DNA of 64,000 bases from Spirochaetia bacterium (GTDB taxonomy: Bacteria; Spirochaetota; Spirochaetia; CAKZLE01). The stretch's first letter is position 1; each line of letters begins with the position of its first letter. Shown here piece by piece: positions 9,810-17,742 of the stretch. The notes beneath the pieces were generated by a model. The model had not been told where the DNA came from. It saw nothing but the letters and a program-made list of their open reading frames with translations, and searched no databases. Position numbers and translations under genes: made by a program. The stretch spans positions 1,312,001 to 1,376,000 of the forward strand of contig OY782041.1 in NCBI GenBank assembly GCA_963677595.1, given 5' to 3'.

Positions 9810-11126
9810 TTATTCCTGTCCCAGCTGCTGGAAGTAGAGGGACAGCCCCATACCGATCAGCTGGTTCACCGGCCTGCAGTCTGCAGACTGGATACGTCCT
9901 GTACTGTTCTTCGCCACCGAACCGCAGCCGCCCCCGCAGGCTAACTGCATCGAGCAGTCCTTACATTCCGGGATCGTGGTGACATCACGCTCCTCCCACT
10001 GCTCGATTATCTCGTCCTTCCTCGTCACGGTCGGGTAGAATGTCCCGAGAACCTCATCATCCTTCCCGACGGTCGCCGTGCAGGAGTAGATCCTCCCGCT
10101 GTAGTCGAAGGCCCACTCCGTCTTGCAGGCAGGGCAGGAATCGAACAGCGGGTCAGGCATCTCGCCATGCTCGAAGAGGAACTTCGAGATCGAGTATGCA
10201 GGGGTATGGAATTCGAGGAATTCCGGGTTCTCCCTGATCATCGCATAGAGGTCCTCGTAGAGGCTGACCCGGTCATAGAGCTTGGACTGGTCGGACTGGC
10301 AGCTGTGAAGCTCATAGTTCCGCCCGAGCTGGGTCTTGAAGAGCGGGCTTGCGGCCCATCCCTTATCTATGGCAAGGTGTGCAAGTTCGATGAGGTGGGG
10401 GAAGTTCTCCCGGTCGACGACTGCCCGCAGGTTGACCGGCAGGCCGGCTGCCAGGGCTGCGTCGATCCCCTCGACGATCTCTGCGAAGGTACCTGACCCG
10501 CCGCGGAGCATCCTCCGCTTGTCATGGGCAGCTTCCGGCCCGTCGAGGGTCACCTGGAGTTCCTTGATGATCGCCGTCTTCAGGAGCGGTACATAACTCG
10601 TGAGGGTGTATCCGTTCGTGACGATCGCGATCCCGAGCTTCCTCTCCGTCGCCTTCTCCAAGAGGTACGCGATATTCTTCTTCGTCGCGTCATTGGGCAG
10701 GAGCGGCTCCCCGCCGAAGATCGTGATATACTTGTCCCTGCCGGCGAACTCCCGGTCGATGTAGTCGAAGAAGGCATCGATGACTTCCGGCTGGTAGTTC
10801 AGGTCCTGGTGGGTGTATTCCGCCTGGTAGCAGTAGGAGCAGGCGAAGTTGCAGGCATAGGTCGGTACATAGAAGATCTGCACCTCATCGGTATCGCGGT
10901 TGTCGATGAAATCGAGGTATTCGCTCCGGTAGAGCCTCTGCTCCTCTAAAGGGTCCACGAGATACCCCTTCTCGATGAGCTCCTCCTCGTTGAGGTACTC
11001 GCCCCTCTTGAAGGCCTCGGCATGCGCCGCCTCCATGATGTCCGCCTGCTTCGTCAGGGGATTTATGATGTAATACTCTTCAGAGTCCTTGAGCTGCCCG
11101 AAGAGCAGGTACTTAGATTTCTCCAT
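9810..11126 (-). CDS. Radical SAM/SPASM domain protein, putative peptide maturase
   Basis: CNFACSYC, FGGEPLL, C-terminal SPASM cysteines (CPAC..YSC..CKDCSMQLACGGGC..C) and an N-terminal extension of about 80 aa. Confidence 0.9.
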   Translation of the reverse strand: MEKSKYLLFGQLKDSEEYYIINPLTKQADIMEAAHAEAFKRGEYLNEEELIEKGYLVDPLEEQRLYRSEYLDFIDNRDTDEVQIFYVPTYACNFACSYCYQAEYTHQDLNYQPEVIDAFFDYIDREFAGRDKYITIFGGEPLLPNDATKKNIAYLLEKATERKLGIAIVTNGYTLTSYVPLLKTAIIKELQVTLDGPEAAHDKRRMLRGGSGTFAEIVEGIDAALAAGLPVNLRAVVDRENFPHLIELAHLAIDKGWAASPLFKTQLGRNYELHSCQSDQSKLYDRVSLYEDLYAMIRENPEFLEFHTPAYSISKFLFEHGEMPDPLFDSCPACKTEWAFDYSGRIYSCTATVGKDDEVLGTFYPTVTRKDEIIEQWEERDVTTIPECKDCSMQLACGGGCGSVAKNSTGRIQSADCRPVNQLIGMGLSLYFQQLGQE

Positions 11127-11153
11127 GAATGTCTGTCCTTATTCTATAGGAAT

Positions 11154-11183
11154 GCAGGCAGCCTGCAGCTGCAGGCTGCCTGC
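11154..11183. repeat. Perfect 30-bp palindrome between the peptide gene and the rSAM gene
   Basis: GCAGGCAGCCTGCAGCTGCAGGCTGCCTGC equals its own reverse complement. Confidence 0.9.
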
Positions 11184-11190
11184 CGGATAA

Positions 11191-11286
11191 CTAGTCGTGG
11201 CAGCCTGCGACGACTTTCGAGTTCTTAGCACAGCACTGTGCAACAGCTTTCTGTTCAGCAGGCCGTTTCTTGAGAAGTGATTTCAT
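11191..11286 (-). CDS. 31-aa Cys-containing peptide, putative RiPP precursor (MKSLLKKRPAEQKAVAQCCAKNSKVVAGCHD)
   Basis: Manual translation, ATG at 11286 to TAG at 11191; strong SD AGGAGG just upstream; directly upstream of the rSAM/SPASM gene on the same strand. Confidence 0.8.
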   Translation of the reverse strand: MKSLLKKRPAEQKAVAQCCAKNSKVVAGCHD

Positions 11287-11332
11287 TGCTTTCCTCCTGT
11301 CCACTAAGATTTCTCTTTATACTCATCCGGGG

Positions 11333-11968
11333 TCATTTGACCCCGAGGATGGTCCAACTCGCTACCTCGATCGCGCCCTTCGGATAGGGATCGCTCTCCT
11401 CGAGGATCTGTACTTCAGAGAACCCTGCCTTCAGCAGCTGCTCACTGTATACGTCCCTGGTCACCGACCCGGCCCAGCATTCCGCGACAGCCGCGGGATC
11501 GTTCCGGTACTCATCGGGCACCGGCTGCAGGGAGTAGATGTCGCTAACGGTGAACCGCCCGCCGGGTTTGAGTACCCGGTAGACCTCGTTCCAGACGTTC
11601 TGCTTGTCTGATGCATGGTTGATCGTGCAGTTCGAGATGAGCAAGTCAACGGTATCGGACTCGAGCGGGAGCTTCTCCAGGTCGGATTTGAGGAAGTCAA
11701 CATTCCCGACCCCAAGCCGTTCAGCCTGCCGTGCAGCCTTTGCCAGCATGCCGTCCGAGATATCGATCCCGTAGACGAACCCGTCTGTACCCACCTCGTC
11801 GGCAAGTCGCAGGACATCGGTCCCCCGACCGCTGCCGAGGTCGACGCAGGTCTCGCCTGTCTGTGCATTGCTGTGGTTGATCGCCCCGCCGCATGAGAGG
11901 CAGCAGCTCGTCTCCGCAAGTTCTGAATACCGGATGTTTATTGCAGTATTCGCCTGTGTGTTCACCAT
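11333..11968 (-). CDS. ArsM-like SAM-dependent methyltransferase
   Basis: SCCLSCGG, DLGSGRGTD, SNCTINH, VLKPGG, AECWAG; the Cys pattern resembles arsenite methyltransferases. Confidence 0.8.
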   Translation of the reverse strand: MVNTQANTAINIRYSELAETSCCLSCGGAINHSNAQTGETCVDLGSGRGTDVLRLADEVGTDGFVYGIDISDGMLAKAARQAERLGVGNVDFLKSDLEKLPLESDTVDLLISNCTINHASDKQNVWNEVYRVLKPGGRFTVSDIYSLQPVPDEYRNDPAAVAECWAGSVTRDVYSEQLLKAGFSEVQILEESDPYPKGAIEVASWTILGVK

Positions 11969-11980
11969 ACTATACGTCTC

Positions 11981-12382
11981 CTACATGACTCTCAGGAGAA
12001 GGGACAGCCCCTCCCTGATCTTGTTCTGTTCTTCAGGGGTAAGCCCCTCGCTCAGCCTCCGGTCGCAGGCATCCTTCTCGTTCTGCAGGTCGGTAAAGCA
12101 CTGCTGCCCGGCACCGGTCAGGGAGAGCTTGACCGCCCTGCGGTCATTCCTGTTCGGCACGACGGTAAGCAGACCCCGTTCCCGCAGGCTGTTGACGACC
12201 CTGCTGCCCCTCGAGATCGAGAGACTCATGGCTTCAGCGATCTCCTTGAGGGAGGCCCCGCCATGGGAGGCGATCATCCAGATGCAGCTCACCTCACCGG
12301 GGGTGAGGTTGTGGATCCTGCCGATCTCCTCCACGAAGGTACATTTGTTCTTCAATTCTAAAATCGTATCTATCATCACCAT
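11981..12382 (-). CDS. MarR family transcriptional regulator
   Basis: wHTH with SRVVNSLRERGLL and DRRAVKLSLT; four Cys. Confidence 0.9.
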   Translation of the reverse strand: MVMIDTILELKNKCTFVEEIGRIHNLTPGEVSCIWMIASHGGASLKEIAEAMSLSISRGSRVVNSLRERGLLTVVPNRNDRRAVKLSLTGAGQQCFTDLQNEKDACDRRLSEGLTPEEQNKIREGLSLLLRVM

Positions 12383-12392
12383 TTCTCTTTAA

Positions 12393-12448
12393 TTGCTATT
12401 AGCAACTATTGCTTATGGCAATATACTATTTCCTTATCGATATGTCAA
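12393..12448 (-). promoter_or_regulatory. Sigma70 promoter and probable MarR operator of the marR operon
   Basis: Minus-strand TTGACA (12448-12443), 17 bp, TATATT (12425-12420). Palindromes TTGCTATTAGCAA (12393-12405) and TATTGC-N5-GCAATA (12407-12423) overlap the -10/TSS region. Confidence 0.7.
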
Positions 12449-12522
12449 GTGCGAATAGATAATGATTAAATTCACACAGGATTCATGAAAACCTAACAAT
12501 CGTAGGTCTTAAATAGGGAGGT

Positions 12523-13587
12523 ATGAATCGTTCACCGGTGCTCAAGAACCTCTATCGATCAGCAGAAGTCATCCCATTCGACACGGAAGCGAAGTATGTC
12601 ATCTTCAGCGACCTCCATATGGGTAACGGCAGCCGGACTGACGACTTCAGGAAGAACAGTGAGCTGTGCCGGAAGGTGCTGGAGGATTTCTACCTTCCCG
12701 CAGGCTATACCCTCATCCTCAATGGCGATATAGAGGAACTGCAGAAGTTCCGTTACCTGAGCATCAGGTCCTGCTGGGAGGATATCTTCAGGGTCTTCGA
12801 CAGCTTCCACTCACGGGGGAAGCTGATCAAGATCGCGGGCAACCATGATGCCCTGCTCCGGGAGAACCCTCCAGAGGGCTATCCCTACCCGGTGTATGAG
12901 GCGATACGGCTGGAGGCTGAGGGGCATCTCCCGATCTTCATCACCCACGGACACCATGCGTCTCCGGTATTCAGGTGGTGCAACGGGCTCATCAAGTACG
13001 GTCTCCGGTATATCTCGAACCCGATCGGGATCAAGAACTACTCCGTCTCCCAGAGGAATGCGAGGAAACGCAGGATAGAGTCGAGGATCTACTCGTTCGC
13101 AAAACGCCAGAAGATCCTGGCGATCATCGGCCATACACACCGGCCGCTCTTCGAGTCGGTGACCAGGACTGACTCGATCAAGTGGGTCATCGAGCGATCC
13201 CTCCGGTCGATCCGCTACTCCGATTCCGGGGAGCGAGAGAAGATCTCCAGGCAGATCACCAAACTCATCGGGGACTACAAACTCGCACGCGGTTCACGGG
13301 CTGTCGAGCCGCTGAGCAGCATCTACAGCTCGGAGATACCCGTGCCCTGCCTCTTCAACTCGGGATGCGCCATCGGGAAGCGGGGCATCACCGGGATCGA
13401 GATCGTCAGGGACACCATCTCCCTGATCCACTGGTCCGATCACCGGATCAACGAGACCTACCTGACCGGCGGGTATGAGGGGAGGACACTCTCCTCGATA
13501 GCCCCACACCTCCACAAGGTGGTGCTCAGGAAGGATGATCTCCCTTATATCATGAACTCGATCAGGGTTCTCGGGGAGATCATCTGA
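12523..13587 (+). CDS. Metallophosphoesterase (calcineurin-like)
   Basis: SDLHMG, NGD, GNHD, HGH, GHTH motifs. Confidence 0.85.
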   Translation: MNRSPVLKNLYRSAEVIPFDTEAKYVIFSDLHMGNGSRTDDFRKNSELCRKVLEDFYLPAGYTLILNGDIEELQKFRYLSIRSCWEDIFRVFDSFHSRGKLIKIAGNHDALLRENPPEGYPYPVYEAIRLEAEGHLPIFITHGHHASPVFRWCNGLIKYGLRYISNPIGIKNYSVSQRNARKRRIESRIYSFAKRQKILAIIGHTHRPLFESVTRTDSIKWVIERSLRSIRYSDSGEREKISRQITKLIGDYKLARGSRAVEPLSSIYSSEIPVPCLFNSGCAIGKRGITGIEIVRDTISLIHWSDHRINETYLTGGYEGRTLSSIAPHLHKVVLRKDDLPYIMNSIRVLGEII

Positions 13588-14514
13588 CTACAGCCCGAAT
13601 ACCTCATCGAGAAAGCCGAACACCCGTTCCATGTTCTCCGGCATGGAGAAGTGGACATCTCCATGGCCTGCCCCCTCGATGATATCGAGGGCAGCCCTTC
13701 CCGGGCCGAGTCTCTCGAGGACAGCCTGGTAGAAGAGCTCGGACTGGAGCACGCAGACTATATGGTCAAGCTCCCCGTGCTGGATCAGGGTCGGGGGGAG
13801 CGTCTCATCGATATAGCTGATGGGGTTAGCTTCCTGTACCCGTGCAGGGTCGAGCTTCGTGATCTGCCCTCCCAGGTACAACGATTCCGGAGAGTCCTCA
13901 TCAGCATGGCCGAGATGGCCGAGACCCAACTGGTAAAGCTGTGCATCCATCCTGAGGAAGTCAGTCGGCCCGAACCAGTCCACACAAGCCTGGACACAGG
14001 TGGGGACTCCCGGGTCCCCCGGGGTACGGTCCTCCAGTTCCCGGGCAGCGGAACTGGCTGCGACCATGGCTGCCAGGTTCCCGCCTGCCGATCCCCCGAC
14101 GACTGCGAACCGGTCACCGTCGAGCAGGTACCGTCCAGCATTGGCGCGAAGCCACCTGACGGCACCCTTGCAGTCCAGGATCGCAGCAGGGAACGTCTTC
14201 TCCCCGCTCATCCGGTAATTGATGGAGGCTACTGCATACCCCCGGTCAACCGCAGGAAGGAAGGGCTCCACCTGGGGATCCCGTTTGTCACCCATACAGA
14301 AAGCACCCCCGTGGATATGGATGATCACCGGGAAGGGGCCTGCCCCTTCTCCCGGAAGGTACAGGTCAAGCTCTTGGGCACGGCTCTGCCCGCCATATGG
14401 GATATCGAGGAACTTCCTCTCTATATGGTCTGTCCCGACCTCTCGCATGAACGCCTCAGGATCCTGCTCGATCCCCCGTGTATCTATCCTGACCTTCTCG
14501 ATCCCGCTGTGCAT
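13588..14514 (-). CDS. Alpha/beta hydrolase (esterase/lipase)
   Basis: HGGAF, INYR, GGSAGG, catalytic Asp and His (HGELD..GAGH). Confidence 0.9.
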   Translation of the reverse strand: MHSGIEKVRIDTRGIEQDPEAFMREVGTDHIERKFLDIPYGGQSRAQELDLYLPGEGAGPFPVIIHIHGGAFCMGDKRDPQVEPFLPAVDRGYAVASINYRMSGEKTFPAAILDCKGAVRWLRANAGRYLLDGDRFAVVGGSAGGNLAAMVAASSAARELEDRTPGDPGVPTCVQACVDWFGPTDFLRMDAQLYQLGLGHLGHADEDSPESLYLGGQITKLDPARVQEANPISYIDETLPPTLIQHGELDHIVCVLQSELFYQAVLERLGPGRAALDIIEGAGHGDVHFSMPENMERVFGFLDEVFGL

Positions 14515-14682
14515 CCGGCTTACCCCCCCCCGAAGACTCTACCTATAGCCTACCTGAGTATACCACAGATCTTAGACACATACACCCTGGCAAGCAGGGC
14601 AGCCTGGGACGGTTTGACCCAAGGGAATCGTTCTGCATGCTCCAGTCTGGCAGGATATGCCGTTCGGTTGTATACTGTAGCT

Positions 14683-15021
14683 ATGTTGGTGCTGAAGATA
14701 CTCAGGTGGACAGCCAGGATAACCGGCACGGTCATCCTCCTCATGATCGCCGCCATCGCCCTGGGAGAGGGGTTCCCGGACCCGCGGACCCTTGCCCTGG
14801 TCGACAGGCTCACCTTCCTAGCCATGGCAGGTATCTGCATCGGCTGCCTGCTGGGCTGGAGATGGGAGGCTGCTGCCGGCTTCACCATCCTCGGTTCGGT
14901 CCTGGCCTTCTTCCTGCTGCAGCAGGTCCTGCTCCTCAACCTGGTCTTCATCCCCCTGATCGTCATCGGCATCATCTACCTCGTCCTCTGGAGGTATGAC
15001 GCATCCCGTAAAGAGCGGTAA
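14683..15021 (+). CDS. Small four-TM hypothetical membrane protein
   Basis: Hydrophobic 112-aa tail of the 13651..15021 ORF starting MLVLKILRWTAR; the upstream part of that ORF is antisense shadow. Confidence 0.7.
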   Translation: MLVLKILRWTARITGTVILLMIAAIALGEGFPDPRTLALVDRLTFLAMAGICIGCLLGWRWEAAAGFTILGSVLAFFLLQQVLLLNLVFIPLIVIGIIYLVLWRYDASRKER

Positions 15022-15114
15022 GCAAAGGATTCTTCCCCGTATCATCCCTGCCTCTATAGCCAATACACCGCTTATATGGTACTAATGCTGTACTAAACGA
15101 GGTGTGAGGTATAC

Positions 15115-16017
15115 ATGATCCTGCAGATTCTCCCGGTATTCCTGATCATAGTCTTCGGCTATCTTCTCAGCGTGATCAAGGTCGCCCATGACTCATGGGT
15201 CCCGATCCTGAACAAGTTCGGGCTCTACATCGGGTTCCCCGTCCTCATCCTCTCCAACCTGATCAGGGTGGACCGTGAAGTGCTCACTACCCAGATCCCG
15301 GTCTTCATCGCGACCATGGCCATCATCCTCGGCTTCATGGTCCTCTCGTATTACGCGATCAAGCTCTTCAGGATCCCGAAGGAGATCGGCCTCGTCCTCA
15401 TGACAGGAGGGTACTTCGGGAACATCGGGTATCTCGGGTTCCCGCTCATCACGGCCATCTTCCCAGAGGCGGGGGCTACGGTGAGCATCATCGTCGCGAC
15501 CTACAGCATCAGCCTCTTCACGGCGGGGATGTTCCTGCTCGAAAGTCTCAGCGGCGAGGAGAAACATGTCTCGGATATCCTCAAGGGAATGGTTACCAGC
15601 CCCTTCATCATCGCCATCACGGCAGGACTCCTCATCGTCATCCTGGACATCAGGCTGCCGAAAGTCATTCTCGATACCATCACCATGATCGAGGGCTCCG
15701 CATCACCGGTCGTCCTCATCGGGCTGGGCATCTTCATGCATCGCAAGATCGCATTCCATACGCTCTGGAAACCCATCACCGTCATCTCGGGGATCAAGAT
15801 GATCCTCTTCCCGGCGATCTTCTTCCTCGCCTCCCGGCTGTTCGGTCTCGGGAAGCCCTTCGATGCCGCGATCCTCGAGGCATCAATGCCGACTGCCATC
15901 ACGGTATTCGCCTTGAGCGACCGCTTCCCGATGAACAAGGAGCTGGCAGTCTCGATCATCATCCTGACGACTCTCGTCACCCCGATCCTCTACCCGCTTA
16001 TCGTCTCGTTTCTCTAG
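15115..16017 (+). CDS. AEC family transporter
   Basis: About 10 TM segments, FGNIGYLGFP, EASMPTA. Confidence 0.9.
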   Translation: MILQILPVFLIIVFGYLLSVIKVAHDSWVPILNKFGLYIGFPVLILSNLIRVDREVLTTQIPVFIATMAIILGFMVLSYYAIKLFRIPKEIGLVLMTGGYFGNIGYLGFPLITAIFPEAGATVSIIVATYSISLFTAGMFLLESLSGEEKHVSDILKGMVTSPFIIAITAGLLIVILDIRLPKVILDTITMIEGSASPVVLIGLGIFMHRKIAFHTLWKPITVISGIKMILFPAIFFLASRLFGLGKPFDAAILEASMPTAITVFALSDRFPMNKELAVSIIILTTLVTPILYPLIVSFL

Positions 16018-16573
16018 CGGCCAAGAAGTCGATCACGAACCTGCGGACTGAGGCAAGCCCGACCTCTTTCGGGTCGAGCTCATCGAGCGAAACCAGTAAC
16101 GGCTCCCCCTCATCAGGGTCATTGGTCTTCAGGTCATCCCAATTCTCCACGCTGCAGATATAGATGATGTCGAGGGTGTCATAAAGAACACCACCGAAGA
16201 GGTACTCGTTGCAGTAGGTCCTCGGGTGGACGGTATAGGAAGACACCTTCAGGTTCGTCTCCTCGAAGACCTCCCGGATCATGGCATCCTCAGAACGCTC
16301 CCCCGGGTCCACGAACCCGCCCGGCAGGTCCAGCATCCCCTTCCCCGGGTCTCTCGCCCTCCGGATCATGAGGACGGTATCCTCGTCCTTCAGGATCAGG
16401 GCAATGGTCGCTGCCGCAGCGTTCCGGTAGAACCGGAACCCGCAGGTGGTGCAGCCGAGCTGTTTCGTGACGGCACGGCCGTCCGGTCTTCTCCCGATCC
16501 TGCTTGGCTTGAAGGTCGGGGCCCCGCATACCGGGCAATAGGTCAGTTTCTTGTAAGGTTTATCCAGATTCAT
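15998..16573 (-). CDS. NUDIX hydrolase with N-terminal zinc ribbon
   Basis: CPVC..CTTC and Nudix box GGFVDPGERSEDAMIREVFEET. Confidence 0.9.
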   Translation of the reverse strand: MNLDKPYKKLTYCPVCGAPTFKPSRIGRRPDGRAVTKQLGCTTCGFRFYRNAAAATIALILKDEDTVLMIRRARDPGKGMLDLPGGFVDPGERSEDAMIREVFEETNLKVSSYTVHPRTYCNEYLFGGVLYDTLDIIYICSVENWDDLKTNDPDEGEPLLVSLDELDPKEVGLASVRRFVIDFLAARETRR

Positions 16574-16694
16574 CTTAACCACCGATAGTTCATAAAGATA
16601 CTTCTCCTATTATTACCGATTCCGTGAGATACGCAAGAAGAATCTTCACCCTCCCCTGATTGTAAGGTCTTCCCAACTGCGATACTATGTGATT

Positions 16695-17645
16695 ATGGGT
16701 GCTACAGACATCACGAGCCGTATACAGGATATGATCAGCTCTTTTGACCCGTCCATCGAGGCGGAAGCGGCAGTCTCGTCGTTCAGGGGAACGATACAGA
16801 GACTCGAGACTGACTACCGGGACCTGATCATCCTGAGCCAGCAGCGGGAACGGTACAACCCCTCCTGGGCCTTCTCCCATGCCCATGCGAAGCTCAAGCA
16901 CGAACTCTCCCACATCTTCACCCGCCGGGTGAAGGACCAGATCCTCAAACAGGCCGGGACCCACCGGAACCGCGACCGCCAGGATGTCATCCTGAAGAAG
17001 TTCTCCGTCATCGAGGAGAACCTCACGGTGAAGATCCAGAAGGCAGGCACCTACTCGAAGGCGTTCAGGACGACCGCCTTCCTGATCTCGTCGGCGGAGC
17101 TCCTGCTCTCCCTGTCCATTGTCATCCTCGTCACACAGCTCTCACAGCTCTTCAGCAGTGCCGTGACGATCTCCCTGCCCCAGCTCAGTATCATCTTCAT
17201 CGGCGTATTCGGCCTCATGCGGCTGCTGCTCGAGAAGGGGAAGAGCCGGTTCCTCAACAGCTGGCGATGGAACATGTATGTCGATACCATCGATACGGCC
17301 TACCACGGGCTGGTCATCATGATGGCCACGACCTGCCTGCTCGCTTATTACATGAAGCGGGGCACCTTCCTCGAGGATATCGACGACCTGCTGGAGAAGA
17401 GCCTGGACGAGCTCTCCAGAAAGGTGACCCGTGAAGAAAGAAAGAGACGGAAGGCCGCCCACCTTGTCGCACGGAAGCGGATGGAGACCACCGAGCGGAT
17501 CAGCCTCCTGACCCAGCGGCTCGATACCGAGACGGTACACTCGATCATGGGGCTCGATGTCCAGGAGGAACCTGTTGAGAAGAAGCCCCTGCCCTCCTAC
17601 CGTGAACTCTTCGGCAGGCTGCGGAAACAGTTCTCCCGCAAGTAA
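16695..17645 (+). CDS. Hypothetical membrane protein
   Basis: ORF of about 316 aa with three hydrophobic segments and charged helical flanks. Confidence 0.6.
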   Translation: MGATDITSRIQDMISSFDPSIEAEAAVSSFRGTIQRLETDYRDLIILSQQRERYNPSWAFSHAHAKLKHELSHIFTRRVKDQILKQAGTHRNRDRQDVILKKFSVIEENLTVKIQKAGTYSKAFRTTAFLISSAELLLSLSIVILVTQLSQLFSSAVTISLPQLSIIFIGVFGLMRLLLEKGKSRFLNSWRWNMYVDTIDTAYHGLVIMMATTCLLAYYMKRGTFLEDIDDLLEKSLDELSRKVTREERKRRKAAHLVARKRMETTERISLLTQRLDTETVHSIMGLDVQEEPVEKKPLPSYRELFGRLRKQFSRK

Positions 17646-17742
17646 CTATTTGGGGTTTCTCTTGTCTTTAGTGGTGACAATCTACCCGAAAAGGGGTATA
17701 TTGGATATGCGATTGTAATGATTACAACCGCAAGAGGGCTAT

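Noticed and set aside
7922-11968. Selenocysteine recoding in the Cys-rich operon
   Set aside because: No in-frame TGA at Cys-equivalent positions was seen; the peptide ends in TAG and the TGA stops fall at natural ends.
13651-15021. 456-aa plus-strand ORF
   Set aside because: Mostly antisense shadow of the esterase gene; only the hydrophobic tail from ATG 14683 looks like a real protein.
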